Below, in pieces: positions 38,723 through 51,540 of a DNA stretch of 64,000 nucleotides. This DNA is from Candidatus Poribacteria bacterium (GTDB lineage: Bacteria; Poribacteria; WGA-4E; WGA-3G): NCBI GenBank assembly GCA_964291315.2, contig OZ219752.1:299968-363967 (forward strand), in the 5' to 3' direction. How positions within the stretch are numbered: the first letter of the stretch is position 1; every line of letters begins with the position of its first letter. The position numbers and the translations under genes are program-made. The notes under the pieces were generated by a model. It ran no database searches. It was not told the DNA's origin and saw nothing but the letters and a program-made list of their open reading frames with translations.

Positions 38723-39676
38723 TTAAGCCGTTATCTGTTCCTTGCCCGCGCGTTCCCGAAACTGGTTGAACGTTTTCAGAATACCTTGCTCCATTGTATA
38801 CTCCGGGGTAAAACCTATTTCTTCGGCAATCGGAGTTGCATCGTAATCCCATGAGATGCCGAAAACGCCTGGTTGCAGTGTAATTTCAATGTCTGGTACT
38901 AATGTCTTTAGGTACGCTACGCCTTCTTTGACAGGGCGAATACCGCCCTTCACGTTAAAGACGCGCGTTGGTGTTGTCGGGCAAGTACACGCCAGCACAA
39001 TTGAACGAGCCACATCTTCTACATACTGCCAGTCCACAGCATCGTCACCGAAGGGACAAACGTGCGGGTTCCCTAATGCCGCAGCCTCAATCATTTGTGT
39101 TGTAAACGAACTCATCCCGCGTGTTCTGCCTACTCCATAGACAGCCGTAAAGCGAAGTCCAATAGAGTCAACCCCGTAAGCATCGAAGTAGTGCATCGCA
39201 TATCTCTCGTTTAGAGATTTGCAGGCTCCGTAAATAAATTTCGGATAGTGTGGGGCATCATTGAGAATTTGTTGTTGGTTGTAATCCTCTGGCGCTCCGA
39301 ACACTGCAACACTGCTTGCCCATACAACGCGTTTGAGTTTGAAAAGACGAGCTGTCTCCAGTATGTTAATTGTTCCTTCGCAAACAACTTTGAGCGCCTG
39401 TGGGGGATTTGCGTTACATGCCGGCACCTGCCATGAAGCGAGATGGATAATGCGATCTATGCTGTGCTCTTGAACCGTCCGTAGAACGTGGGGCAGGTCG
39501 GTAATATCTCCCTGCACAAAGGTGAATCCTTCAATCTGGGCATCCGTCAGTACCATGTTCGGAATAGTTAAATCATAAGCAAAATCGTAAACGATGACCT
39601 TTTCCCCGGCTGCCAACAGGTCACGGATCACATAACTACCGATGCATCCCATGCCACCGGTGAGCAGATATGCCAT
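38723..39676 (-). CDS. NAD-dependent epimerase/dehydratase
   Basis: TGGMGCIG, ASS and YGACK. Confidence 0.9.
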   Translation of the reverse strand: MAYLLTGGMGCIGSYVIRDLLAAGEKVIVYDFAYDLTIPNMVLTDAQIEGFTFVQGDITDLPHVLRTVQEHSIDRIIHLASWQVPACNANPPQALKVVCEGTINILETARLFKLKRVVWASSVAVFGAPEDYNQQQILNDAPHYPKFIYGACKSLNERYAMHYFDAYGVDSIGLRFTAVYGVGRTRGMSSFTTQMIEAAALGNPHVCPFGDDAVDWQYVEDVARSIVLACTCPTTPTRVFNVKGGIRPVKEGVAYLKTLVPDIEITLQPGVFGISWDYDATPIAEEIGFTPEYTMEQGILKTFNQFRERAGKEQITA

Positions 39677-39759
39677 ATTGGTCTCTCCTCTTAAAACAGC
39701 GCGATCCCAGGATCACGCTGTTTTGCCAAAACTTACATGCATTGCTCGGCCTAATTATG

Positions 39760-40077
39760 TTAGAGCGGTGTGTCGACATCCACAAGGATATCTTCGCCCT
39801 CCACTTTAACAGCGTATGTAGGTAACTTTTCCTCAGTGGGCCATACGCACTCGCCTGTTGTCACGTCAAACTCCCACATGTGGAGCGGACATGTGATACA
39901 GTTACCGTCTACGAAACCGTGACTCAAGACCCCACCAAGATGCGGGCAAATATTGTTCATGGCGTAATACTCGCCCTTTATATTATAGATACCGATGAAA
40001 ACGCCGTCCACTTTCACGCCGATACATTTACCCGGCTGAATCTGGTCAACTGTTGCGGCTTTTACAAATTGTGCCAT
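39760..40077 (-). CDS. Rieske [2Fe-2S] ferredoxin
   Basis: CPH...CPLH. Confidence 0.92.
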   Translation of the reverse strand: MAQFVKAATVDQIQPGKCIGVKVDGVFIGIYNIKGEYYAMNNICPHLGGVLSHGFVDGNCITCPLHMWEFDVTTGECVWPTEEKLPTYAVKVEGEDILVDVDTPL

Positions 40078-40284
40078 AATTTCTTCGTCTTTTTCCCTCC
40101 CTTACGAAACACGAATTGAAATTGTATCCGAAAATCTATGCTTCTGCGTCCAAAAATCAATATCTCACGTAGTAGCATAGCCTGTTAATTAGTGATTTTG
40201 TGTTCAAAAACCAACCGACTTCCCGCTCTATGAACGTTTGTAGGTATCTCATTGCTCTTCCGGTGATGCTTTCACTTCACTACG

Positions 40285-43200
40285 TCAATCTCTTAAGCCT
40301 ATCCGATATTTGATGTCGTAGTTGATGATGAAGTCTAATTCCTCATCGCTGAAGCCGTAGTGCTTTGCGAGGACGCGGTCTATTTCGTCTATGATGTGCT
40401 TGGAATGTCGCGGATAAAACTCATCGTAGATGACCTGTCCAGTGGTCTTATAGGACACCTGCTTGCGTTGTGCGTGATGTTTGAGATCTACCATCAAGTC
40501 CTTGCACAGCTGGGAGAGGCTCTGCTTGGTTTGCTGCTCGATTTGAGCTATTCCCATCGGAAAACTTCTAATTTCACGTAAGGTTAAGGATCGGCAACTT
40601 GAAAGCACAACAAACCACCAATAAAAAAGTGAACTGTTTAGGGTTGCTATAGCAACATCTGCATCTAATTCTGATTCAAAGTACAGTGATTTGATAGTTG
40701 GAGATACTTTCTCTCCATCTCGCTCGTTCCAGAAGTAGGGGACGAAGTCCATTGCTCGCAGCCAATAGCGAGCTGCGCTATGGTAATATACTGTGTAGGG
40801 GACTCGCTTCGTATTAAGGTGTTTGCCCAAAACCGAGAATTGGGATAATTTCTTCCATACGTTTTGTTCGAGCTCACTCCGGACTTTCGGCACAGAATTT
40901 TGAAATGAGATATGCGTAACCTCTGTGTATTCTGCGACACTGAAGAGATATTCACGAAATATCTCGTTCCATCTGTTGTAGCCGGATGTATACAACAGAT
41001 TGGATGCTTTTGAATTCTGTTGAAGGATATAAATCGCTAAACGTTGCTCGGCTCCGACAAACAATTTGGCTGGTCTGATGCTATACGTCTGTATCCATCC
41101 AACTTGTTTATGGTGCTGGAATAAATGTTGGAGGGGCGCCATTCTGTCGGTGCAGTATGCGGAATGCGGGATTATCATTGATTTCCACCCATTCTTTTGA
41201 AGCAGCCGAAAGCTCCTTTCAAACACAAAGGCATATAAATTGCCGCAGGTTTCGGTTTCGTATCCTTTTACTGTGTAATCCTTTTTGACTTTGCTATATT
41301 CTATGTAGGGCGGGTTTCCGATGATGACATCAAATCCGCCGTCTTTGAGGATGCTGTAGAAAGCGATAAACCAGTGGAAGGGCTTATGCGTGTCAAGCCA
41401 TTTGTGGTAATCCGTGATTACCCCCCCCCACTTATATTATGTGAAGTGTTCACGCCATACTCACCCGCAAGGTAAAGGTTCAACTCATCTTCTAAGACAC
41501 CCAGTCTCTCCCGCAATGCCTGCTTATCCGCACGCGTCACGACCCCGCCTAACGCCGTCTGTTGCCTGCGAAACGCTTGGAACAACGCATCCACATCCTC
41601 CGCCTTCTCCCGAAGCCGCCGCATCGTGTCGTCAAAGTCCAGCTTGCCCGTCACCGCACGCTCTACCGCATCATACGTTGAGAACCCGACGAGACTATTC
41701 CCCGACTGGATGTTGAAGTCGATGTCTGGCAACGGCTCTATCTGCCGCACATCTTCGATCTGTGAGACCATCTTCAGGAAGAGCCGGAGCTTACAGATTT
41801 CAACCGCCTCCGCCATGATGTCCACACCGTAGAGGTTATTTATCACAATAGACTTGAGAATAAAATAGGCTCTGTTCGGATGCTGCTCTATACGCTTAAG
41901 CGTCTCTCGGAAGTCAGCGTAGCGCCGGCCGGCACCCAAGTCGTCGTTGAGAAAGGCTTGCATTCGGTCGAGACACGCCTCATAGAGCGGCACGAGGATA
42001 TTCACAGCGGCGAAGAGGAACGCCCCCGAGCCACACGTCGGATCCAGGATGCTGACGTGTCTGATCGCCTGCCAAAACGCACGCAGCAGCTCGGGGCCCT
42101 CACATCCCGCGATTACGTCCTGTGCGAACTGGCGGACATCTAGATTGTAGGTAATCAGATCGTTGATGCTGGCGACGTCTCCGTTGACCAGCTTCGCACG
42201 CAGCGTCTCGTAGCGTTGTCGTCTCGCAACGACTTCCCGCCATATCTCGGTCGGCAAGGCATACTCGGAAGGCGCAACGGTGTTCCAATCCGTGCGCTTA
42301 GAGACATCCGCAACCCCCGCAGCGATGTTAGGCGGCAGCTCTAACGCAGCACCTTTGCTCACAGCCGGGTAGATATAGCGCTCCGGGGCATCTCGCAGCA
42401 ATTGCCACACCGCACCATCCGCCGCAAACGCTATCTCACACGACCGACGCGCCGCATCAAAGAGGAACGGAATAATCGTGTTTTTGCTGATATACTCGGT
42501 GATGTCTTCCTTCGTATAATAAGCACCCATCTGCTTCTGATTGATGTATTTCTCAAAGATATATCCCAGCACATCCGGGTTGATCTCCGTGTCGTTTTTC
42601 AACGGGCGATCGTCCAAATGCCACTGATACTCATCAAAGAAGCCGAAGAGCTGCTCAAACGCCGCATCCGGGATCTCAATACGCTCCCCGTGATGTGTCT
42701 CTATGGCGTGCTGCTCAAAGATGCCGCCGTTGAGATACGGCACATCCCCGAGGAGCCCGACCACGGCTCTGCTCCGCTCTGCCTCCGGCTTTGCGAACCC
42801 TTCAAAGAACAGCGGACACAGAAACGATCTATAGTACCGGTCGCTGCCTTGCTTTTGCGTCTCCGTCAACGTGTGCCGCAGATAGTCTGGGTCATTGTTG
42901 AGAAACCCCTTCTTCTGAATGAAGTAGATGAACATCAGCCGATTCAGCAGGATAGAGACATATGCGCGCTGCACCTCGGTGTCCGGGATGCCCGTGAGGA
43001 AGGTCAGGAACGCCGTCTGCTCTCGCTTGAAGCGATCGTAAAACTTCTTGGTCACCCGCTCCGCATAGAACGCGCTCCCGACGCGCCCTGTCACATCAGA
43101 GAGCGTCAGTTCGGCTTCTTCGTCAAGACTGAAGGCGATCGGCTCTAACTTTTGTATCAGCGACTCCCCCGATTGTGCCGTGTGATACCGGTGTTCTCGG

Positions 43201-43541
43201 CACGCATCCGGCTTGCCCGGCTCTCGTCTGACCCACTGCCAGAGGTGCGTTGTTTTGCTTGCATCGGTGTAGATGATAATATGCTCATGCGCAGAGCGCG
43301 CCACCTGCTGCTGGATCTTCCGGCGCAGCGCATACTTGGGGAGTTGTCCGGCCGTGTCTGTTGCGTGGCATTCAAAGACGATCATGCCGCGTTTCTCTGC
43401 GACTGCGGAGAGGTGCCACTCGGTGGTGTCTACGCTGATATTTAGCGCCTGTGTGTAGTGCTCCCACCCGAGTGCTTGGGTGAAGAGAGCGCTAAAGTTA
43501 GCAGCTCTGAGATATTCAAGGATTCGTTCTCGATGAAGCAT
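40285..43541 (-). pseudogene. Eco57I/type IIG-like DNA adenine methyltransferase, frameshifted at a G9 tract (41421-41429)
   Basis: The 5' ORF has YLNGGIF, GAYYT and DPTCGSGAFL (motif I) and stops right after GGG GGG GGG. The shifted frame continues ...KPFHWF...FDVIIGNPPY (motif IV) into the 40285-41226 target-recognition region. Confidence 0.88.
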
Positions 43542-43611
43542 GGACGTTTTTTCCTATTCGTTGGTTTTCACAGATTATACCTAGGTTTCTAACACTGTTT
43601 TTTCGGAGGTT

Positions 43612-43708
43612 CGGACAGGCTAACGGACTATGCTACAAGTGCTACTGCACAACCTGACACGTTATGCTACGAAAGAGTCTACTCAATCTTTTTTAAAACT
43701 CACGTTAA
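43612..43708. mobile_element. Partial MITE carrying two GTAG-type REP-like palindromes
   Basis: Colinear with 55280-55371 over about 90 nt; ends in ACTCACGTTA. Confidence 0.6.
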
Positions 43709-43822
43709 TCTCCGTTCTCTTAGGATCCTAGAACCTCTTTTAGGAATTTTATGACGTTTGAGGATGAAGATCTCTGTCAAAGTCCTATTTTTTATTTTTT
43801 AATCGAACATAGATTCAGATCT

Positions 43823-45910
43823 TCAAAGTTTTTCTTGATATAAGTAACAGTGGCATGAATGTGTCTGTGTGAAATGCATTTCCTCTGGATATGTGTCTTT
43901 ACATACAGACATTACTTCTGGACAGCGAGGGTGGAAATGGCAACCGGATGGACGGTTGATTGGCGAAGGCACATCGCCCTCCAATCGCATTTTTTCAACT
44001 TCGGGCTGCTTGTGCATCCTCGGTACAGCAGAGAGGAGGGCGCGCGTGTACGGATGCTTAGGTGAATCAAAAATCTCTTCTGCTGTGCCGCGCTCAACAA
44101 TTTTACCGAGATACATCACTGCGACTTCGTCCGCAAAGTACTCAACGACAGAGAGGTTATGTGTGATAAAGAGATAGGTGAGGTTAAAATCTGTTTGCAG
44201 CGATTTGAGTAAGTTTAGTATCTGTGCTTGTACGGACACGTCGAGGGCGCTGGTGGCTTCATCACAGACGATGAATTCCGGATCAACGGCGAGGCATCGG
44301 GCAATCCCGATGCGCTGTCTTTGACCGCCGGAAAATTCATGCGGATAGCGGGTTACCATGTCTGGTGATAAACCGACACGTTGCATTAGTTCTGCGATCC
44401 GGGCTTGTCGGTTGTGCGTCGAACCGCCGATATTGTGTGCCTGCATTCCCTCTTGGATAATAGCCCCGATTGTCATTCGTGGGTTAAGGGATGCATATGG
44501 ATCTTGGAAGATAATTTGCATCCGTTTTCGGTACGGATGCATCTGCTCCCGCTTCACGGTAGCGATATTGACATTGTCATAGACTAGATCACCTTTAACG
44601 GGTACCCGCAATCGAAGGACAGCTTTTCCGAGGGAGCTTTTGCCTGATCCGGATTCACCAACGAGGGCAAGCGTTTTACCGCGTGGAATATCGAGCGTGA
44701 CGTTATCGACAGCGTAAACATAACCGATCGTTCGTTTCAAAATTCCTTTCCGAATCGGATAGTGGACGCAGAGGTTTTTTATTTCAAGTTGCGTGCGCGT
44801 ATCTGTTAATTGTGTTGGAGTCTCTCGATCTTCTTCATCTGCGTTTGTTTCGAGCTTAAGTTTTGCCGTCGGAGTTCCTACCATTTTAAACGGAGGTTCA
44901 GAATTATAAAGGTGACAAGCGACGTTGTGTCCGTCGCTGTTAACGTGGTGTAGCGGTGGAACGATGCTCTCACAACCATCCATAACTGTTGGGCACCGTT
45001 CAGCAAATCTACACCCGTCGTTATAGGCGGTGGCTTTCGGGACTCTCCCGGTAATTGTCTGGAGCCGCGTCCCGCGTTTATCGCGCTCCGGTGTTGATTC
45101 GAGAAGCTTTACGGTATAGGGGTGTTGCGGTGTGTTGTAGAGTTGATTCCATGTGCCTATTTCGGCAATTTTTCCGGCATACATAACAGCGACCCGGTGT
45201 GCGATGTTAGCGACAACGCCCAGGTCGTGTGTAATCAACAGCACTGCCATCTGGAATTCTTGTTGGAGACGTTGAATGAGTTCTAGAATTTGTGCTTGGA
45301 TGGTGGCATCGAGGGCAGTTGTGGGTTCATCGGCGATAAGGAGTCCTGGGTGACAGGAGAGTGCCATGGCGATCATAACGCGTTGTTTCATCCCCCCGGA
45401 CATCTGGTGCGGATATTCATCGTAACGGGTGCTTGGTTCCGGGATCCCGACGAGGTCGAGCATCTCTATTGCTGCATTTCTGGCAGCAGAGCGTTGGAGG
45501 TTTTGATGTTGTCGGATTGCCTCTGAGATCTGATTACCGATTGTGAAAACGGGATTGAGACTGGTCATCGGTTCTTGGAAAATCATGGCGATGTCATTGC
45601 CTTGAATTTTTCGTTTTTCGACTTCAGAAAGCAGCGTGATGTCTCTACCTTTGTAATAGATAGCACCGCCGGCGATGAAACCTGCAGGTTTCGCGATGAG
45701 TTGAATTATGGAAAGTGCAGTTACACTTTTACCACAACCTGACTCGCCGACGAGTGCGAAAATTTCGTTCGACTTGATGTCAAAAGAGATACTGTCGACT
45801 GCGCGTGCAAGCCCTTCCGGGGTGCGAAAATAAGTTTGGAGGTTCTGGACGCTGAGCAATGTGTCTATGACATTCCCGCCTCTAGGGGCGTGAGATTCTT
45901 TGTTCGTCAT
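43823..45910 (-). CDS. Fused dipeptide/oligopeptide ABC ATPase (DppD-DppF)
   Basis: Two Walker A motifs (GESGCGKS, GESGSGKS), two SGG signatures and two HPYT/Cys-rich tails. Confidence 0.93.
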   Translation of the reverse strand: MTNKESHAPRGGNVIDTLLSVQNLQTYFRTPEGLARAVDSISFDIKSNEIFALVGESGCGKSVTALSIIQLIAKPAGFIAGGAIYYKGRDITLLSEVEKRKIQGNDIAMIFQEPMTSLNPVFTIGNQISEAIRQHQNLQRSAARNAAIEMLDLVGIPEPSTRYDEYPHQMSGGMKQRVMIAMALSCHPGLLIADEPTTALDATIQAQILELIQRLQQEFQMAVLLITHDLGVVANIAHRVAVMYAGKIAEIGTWNQLYNTPQHPYTVKLLESTPERDKRGTRLQTITGRVPKATAYNDGCRFAERCPTVMDGCESIVPPLHHVNSDGHNVACHLYNSEPPFKMVGTPTAKLKLETNADEEDRETPTQLTDTRTQLEIKNLCVHYPIRKGILKRTIGYVYAVDNVTLDIPRGKTLALVGESGSGKSSLGKAVLRLRVPVKGDLVYDNVNIATVKREQMHPYRKRMQIIFQDPYASLNPRMTIGAIIQEGMQAHNIGGSTHNRQARIAELMQRVGLSPDMVTRYPHEFSGGQRQRIGIARCLAVDPEFIVCDEATSALDVSVQAQILNLLKSLQTDFNLTYLFITHNLSVVEYFADEVAVMYLGKIVERGTAEEIFDSPKHPYTRALLSAVPRMHKQPEVEKMRLEGDVPSPINRPSGCHFHPRCPEVMSVCKDTYPEEMHFTQTHSCHCYLYQEKL

Positions 45911-46322
45911 TGTCAAACCTTTTGTGGCATGCGGTGTTTTTTCTTCGCCCAATTTTCTATATATGAATGCTTGGTCTTGTTAAGGGAGCCCCTCATAAGA
46001 TTACTTTAGCATAGAAACTCCTGAAAATCAAGAATAAATTTGGTCCATTCCGAACTTTATCTTATTTTAAAGGATTAAGTTATCAATGCATATAAATTTT
46101 AAAGCAAATTTACGTTAGAATTAGCTATGCACTCTGCTCCGGCCGGGTGAGGAAGTTTCGCCCTTGTGCCTTATCGAAATGTTTACTTATTCCTATAATG
46201 GACCATAAATAGTCCTAATTCGTTAAAAATAAAGGTTGATCTTTTCTGCGATTTGGCGTATAGATAGAAAGGTAAACAGTTTTTCACTTCAGAAATACAT
46301 GAGAGCTGAGAGGAGAAGAGTT

Positions 46323-47339
46323 ATGGCAGAACAGCGTTTTTTGACAGCAGAGCAAGGTGTTGCGCAGCTTCTGAAAGCAAGACCATCGCTTCACTTCGAT
46401 GGTACGACCAAAAAGGAGTGGGAAGAGTGGCGACACGGATTCCGGCGTAACCTTGTTAAACACTTGGGGCCTTCACCGGAGTCAATCCCGTTAGAGGTTG
46501 AAACATTGGCACGGACGCAGCACGATGGCTATAGGCGCGAAAAAATTATCTTTAATCCGGATCCGTTTTCTTCAATTCCGGCTTATATTTTAATTCCAGA
46601 TGGAGCAGGCGTGAACAATCCTGCGCCCGCTGTTCTCTGTGCCCATGGACACGGTGCTGGTAAAGACGGGGCAGTCGGTCTTGTAGCAGACTATCAGAAA
46701 CAGTACGCTGTAGAATTGGTGCGGCGCGGCTTTGTGACACTTGCCCCGGATTGGCGCTGCTTTGGGGAACGGAAAGATAGAGATGAATGGGTGCGTTATC
46801 CGAGCCGTGACGGGTGCAATGTCGCTTATTTCGCATTTGGGTATTTTGGCTATCAACTCTTGCAACTGAATATCTCGGATGGACAACGGTGCTTAGACTA
46901 TCTCCAGTTGCGCCCTGAAGTCGATAGTCGTCGTTTGGGGTGTATGGGATGTTCATTTGGTGGCACAATGACAATGTACATTTCCGCCTTGGACCATCGG
47001 ATTAAGGCGGCTGTCATTGTCTGTTATTTGAGTACATTAACGGACGCTTTGAACGATCGCGGCCGTGGGAATACGTGCGGTTCACAGTTTATGTTGGGGC
47101 TACGGAAGGTGGGCGACATCGCCGACGTGGCAGGGTTAATAACGCCGCGGGCATGTATGGTGCAGATCGGCTCAGACGATATGTGTTTCATTGAGTCTGA
47201 TGCGCTGGCAGCGTTTGAGCAATTGAAGAGAATTTATGCAGCATCAGGACGAAGCGATCAGTTGGTACTAGATCATTTTCAGGGCGAACACGAAATTGAT
47301 TTGGAAGCGGGAATCGCGTTTTTGGAAGAACGATTGTAG
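46323..47339 (+). CDS. Alpha/beta hydrolase (dienelactone hydrolase/esterase-like)
   Basis: HGH, GCSFGG, and C-terminal D and H residues. Confidence 0.85.
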   Translation: MAEQRFLTAEQGVAQLLKARPSLHFDGTTKKEWEEWRHGFRRNLVKHLGPSPESIPLEVETLARTQHDGYRREKIIFNPDPFSSIPAYILIPDGAGVNNPAPAVLCAHGHGAGKDGAVGLVADYQKQYAVELVRRGFVTLAPDWRCFGERKDRDEWVRYPSRDGCNVAYFAFGYFGYQLLQLNISDGQRCLDYLQLRPEVDSRRLGCMGCSFGGTMTMYISALDHRIKAAVIVCYLSTLTDALNDRGRGNTCGSQFMLGLRKVGDIADVAGLITPRACMVQIGSDDMCFIESDALAAFEQLKRIYAASGRSDQLVLDHFQGEHEIDLEAGIAFLEERL

Positions 47340-47387
47340 CGGCGATGGGCCAGCATCCGAACCTACCCAAATATCTATTTTTTCTGT

Positions 47388-48647
<1,260 letters not shown>

Positions 48648-48705
48648 CTATCTGCTGTGTTTTAAAATAAAAGGGCATCTCATATTCACGTTCAAAGAAA
48701 TTGGA

Positions 48706-49851
48706 TTAATATTCACGTTTGTGCCAGTCGTTTTCCCAGAGGTTGAATGAACCTTCTCGATACGGGTGCTCGGCAATGAGGGCTTCGTTGAGTTCTACAC
48801 CAAGTCCAGGTCCATTGGGCAAGCTAAAATGGCCGTTGATGACTTCAGGGCATCCTGTCGCTGCCTCTTTAACCCATGCTTCAGAGAAATCGTTGAAGTG
48901 TTCCTGAATCTTAAAGTTTGTCGTACACGCTGCGAAGTGCAAGGCGGTTGCAGTAGAGACAGGCCCCCCGACATTATGCGGGGCAACGGTCATATAGCAC
49001 ATATCGCCCATTGCTGCGATTTTCTTAGTCTCCAAAAAGCCGCCTGTCTGGGTAATGTCCGGTTGCAGGATGTCTGCTGCTTGCAAGTTAATCACCTCAC
49101 GATACTCATATTTATTGTGGAGACGTTCACCTGTAGCGACAGGCAGTTTAATTTTCTCAGCGGCTTTTGCGAGTGCTGCGATATTATCAGGTGGTACAGG
49201 TTCCTCAACCCAACTCGGTTGATACGTCTCTAATTCTGCGGCAATCTCAATTGCAGTGTACGGGCTGAATCTGCCGTGCATTTCAATAAGAATTTCCACA
49301 TCAGGTCCCACGGCATCCCGCACGGCCTCGACGAGTTCAACAGACTTCAGTTTTTCTTCATAGGAGAGTTCATAGTAACCGGCACCAAACGGATCAAATT
49401 TGAGTGCTTGATACCCTTTTTGAATAACCTTTTTGGCGGCAGCGTGAAATTCTTCAGGTGCCCGTTCAACACGATACCAACCGTTGGCGTACGCTTTAAT
49501 CTTATCACGACAGGCCCCGCCGAGTAGGCGATAGACCGGCTGGTTGAGTGCTTTGCCGATAATATCCCAGCAAGCAATCTCAATAACACTAATGCCGGTT
49601 GCGACGATTTCACCTGCGCGGCCGTAGTCGTCGCGGAATAGGCGTTGGTATAGGTCTTCTGTATTGAATGGATCGCTTCCGATGACGTGTCGTCGTTTGG
49701 CTCCGTCGATATAGGCGACGAGTGCGTCTGTCCGGTTGTTCATCCGCACTTCACTGACGCCGGTCAAGCCTTCATCTGTTTCAACTTTGACAAACGTTAA
49801 ATTGCGCCAGCTGGTTCCCATCACTAAGGTTTTGACATCTGTAATTTTCAT
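48706..49851 (-). CDS. Mandelate racemase/galactonate dehydratase-family enolase
   Basis: WDIIGK, YANGW, KFDPF, EMHGR, EEP, TGE and APH. Confidence 0.9.
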   Translation of the reverse strand: MKITDVKTLVMGTSWRNLTFVKVETDEGLTGVSEVRMNNRTDALVAYIDGAKRRHVIGSDPFNTEDLYQRLFRDDYGRAGEIVATGISVIEIACWDIIGKALNQPVYRLLGGACRDKIKAYANGWYRVERAPEEFHAAAKKVIQKGYQALKFDPFGAGYYELSYEEKLKSVELVEAVRDAVGPDVEILIEMHGRFSPYTAIEIAAELETYQPSWVEEPVPPDNIAALAKAAEKIKLPVATGERLHNKYEYREVINLQAADILQPDITQTGGFLETKKIAAMGDMCYMTVAPHNVGGPVSTATALHFAACTTNFKIQEHFNDFSEAWVKEAATGCPEVINGHFSLPNGPGLGVELNEALIAEHPYREGSFNLWENDWHKREY

Positions 49852-49934
49852 TTTTTTAACAGTTTCCTCTGGACACCTTCTATTATAGGCGAGGTTCTAA
49901 TGTGGGGTTTTACGGTACTATCTTATCAGTAGTA

Positions 49935-51302
49935 TTAGCTTCTTGCTTCTGTGTCAGATACGCTACGTTGCCCGCTTCTTTGTGTAGGAGCAGGTTCAAT
50001 CATAGGTTTTTCTTCACCAGCCTCTAGCATGCGTTGGATAAGTCGCTTGCGCATTACTTCTGTTACAGTTTCATGTGATTGCAGTCCGATGAGATTCCGT
50101 AGTTCATAAGGGTCTGCTTGGAGATCGTAGAGGTATTGCTCGGTATACCGGTCTGATCCGGCATCGCTGCCCCCATTTTTGTGAGGGGCATCTACACTGT
50201 ATTTCCAGCGTTGGGTGCGAACAGCACGTCCAACTTGTGCCTCGCTAATTTGGACGAAGACCTCTTCTGGCCAATCGTCTGTTTCTCCGCGAAGGAGGGG
50301 CATGAGCGTGCGTCCTTGCATTTCGACCGGTACTGCTAAACCCGCCGCGTCGAGGAGTGTAGGTGGGAGATCCACGAGGCTCACAAGTTCTTGAATCTGA
50401 CCGCCGCCGATGAAACCGGGGCCGTCGAATGCAGTCGGAACACGGATTGAACTCTCGTGGCATGAGCGTTTGTATTCACCGTTTCGGGTTTTGAAGTGGC
50501 ATCCATGATCGGAGGTAAAGAGGATGATGGTATTGTCAAGGATCTGGAGACTTTTCAGGGCATCCAAAATTCTGCCGAGTGCCTCGTCCAATCTTTTTAC
50601 CATACCGTAGTAGCCGCCTAAATGTTGGTGGGTTGAACCGCCTAGTGCTGCGAGGTCTGGTGGTATCCATTTTCCTGTATAGCGTTCCCGATACCCGTCC
50701 GGTGGCGGATAGTCATCCAGATGGTTCTGATGGTGCGGTTCAATATATGATGTAAAGAGATAAAAGGGATCATTCTTGTGTCGATCAACGTAGCGAATCG
50801 CGGCATCTGTGAGTGCATCCACACGATAGCCCGGGAGGTCAACGGGTTTATTGTCATTATCGTAAAGCGTTGTCTGATAAGCGTCGGACGTGAATTCGAG
50901 AACGTTGGATGCTAACCAGTAATCATAGCCGCCACGATGTTCGACTGGCACAGGTCCGGGTCCTGTGCCCCCACTATGGAGGTGCCACTTGCCGATGTAG
51001 CCGGTGGCGTAGCCTGCTTCCCCGAAGTGGTGCGCGAGGGTTTTGAGGTTCGGCGACAACGGTATACCGTTTCGGAAGCATCCTGTGCGGGTTGCGTATA
51101 ATCCTGTTTGGAGGCAGGATCGGGCAGGACCACATACCGGCTGGCATGTAAAGGACCGGTGGACGTGTGTGCCACGTTGTGCCATCCGGTCGAAATTAGG
51201 AGTCAAGTCGAGTGGGTTTCCGTGCAAGCCGGAGGTATCCCACCGCTGTTGGTCGGTGAAAAAGACGATCACATTGGGTTGGTCTGCATGATTTTGCGGC
51301 AT
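49935..51302 (-). CDS. Sulfatase (Cys-type formylglycine)
   Basis: PNVIVFFTDQQR, CGPARSCLQTG, GKWH and SDHG. Confidence 0.93.
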   Translation of the reverse strand: MPQNHADQPNVIVFFTDQQRWDTSGLHGNPLDLTPNFDRMAQRGTHVHRSFTCQPVCGPARSCLQTGLYATRTGCFRNGIPLSPNLKTLAHHFGEAGYATGYIGKWHLHSGGTGPGPVPVEHRGGYDYWLASNVLEFTSDAYQTTLYDNDNKPVDLPGYRVDALTDAAIRYVDRHKNDPFYLFTSYIEPHHQNHLDDYPPPDGYRERYTGKWIPPDLAALGGSTHQHLGGYYGMVKRLDEALGRILDALKSLQILDNTIILFTSDHGCHFKTRNGEYKRSCHESSIRVPTAFDGPGFIGGGQIQELVSLVDLPPTLLDAAGLAVPVEMQGRTLMPLLRGETDDWPEEVFVQISEAQVGRAVRTQRWKYSVDAPHKNGGSDAGSDRYTEQYLYDLQADPYELRNLIGLQSHETVTEVMRKRLIQRMLEAGEEKPMIEPAPTQRSGQRSVSDTEARS

Positions 51303-51540
51303 ATTTCTATTTTCCTCTCTGTTCAGGTTTGGCTGTTCTCATTTTAGGGGGTTTTTCGCTGGATGTCAAGCAGAAAATTCGGATAAGGCGAATTGCATCG
51401 GACGGGACGAAGGGGTAAAAGTGGATAGTGAGATTTGTGGTAGATCTGTTGAAGCTGAAAGTAAGGCATGCTATACTTTTTAAGATACCAAGGGACTTCA
51501 GAATGAGTACTGACGCATCGTTGCTCGGAAGCATTTAATA

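Noticed and set aside
40285-41226. Independent 313-aa gene as listed in the ORF track
   Set aside because: Its frame stays open upstream through GNPPY to the G9 tract, so it is the 3' part of the methyltransferase.
42402-43148. 248-aa plus-strand ORF, and the similar 285-aa ORF at 58285-59142
   Set aside because: Both are antisense to well-supported genes and have no recognisable motifs.
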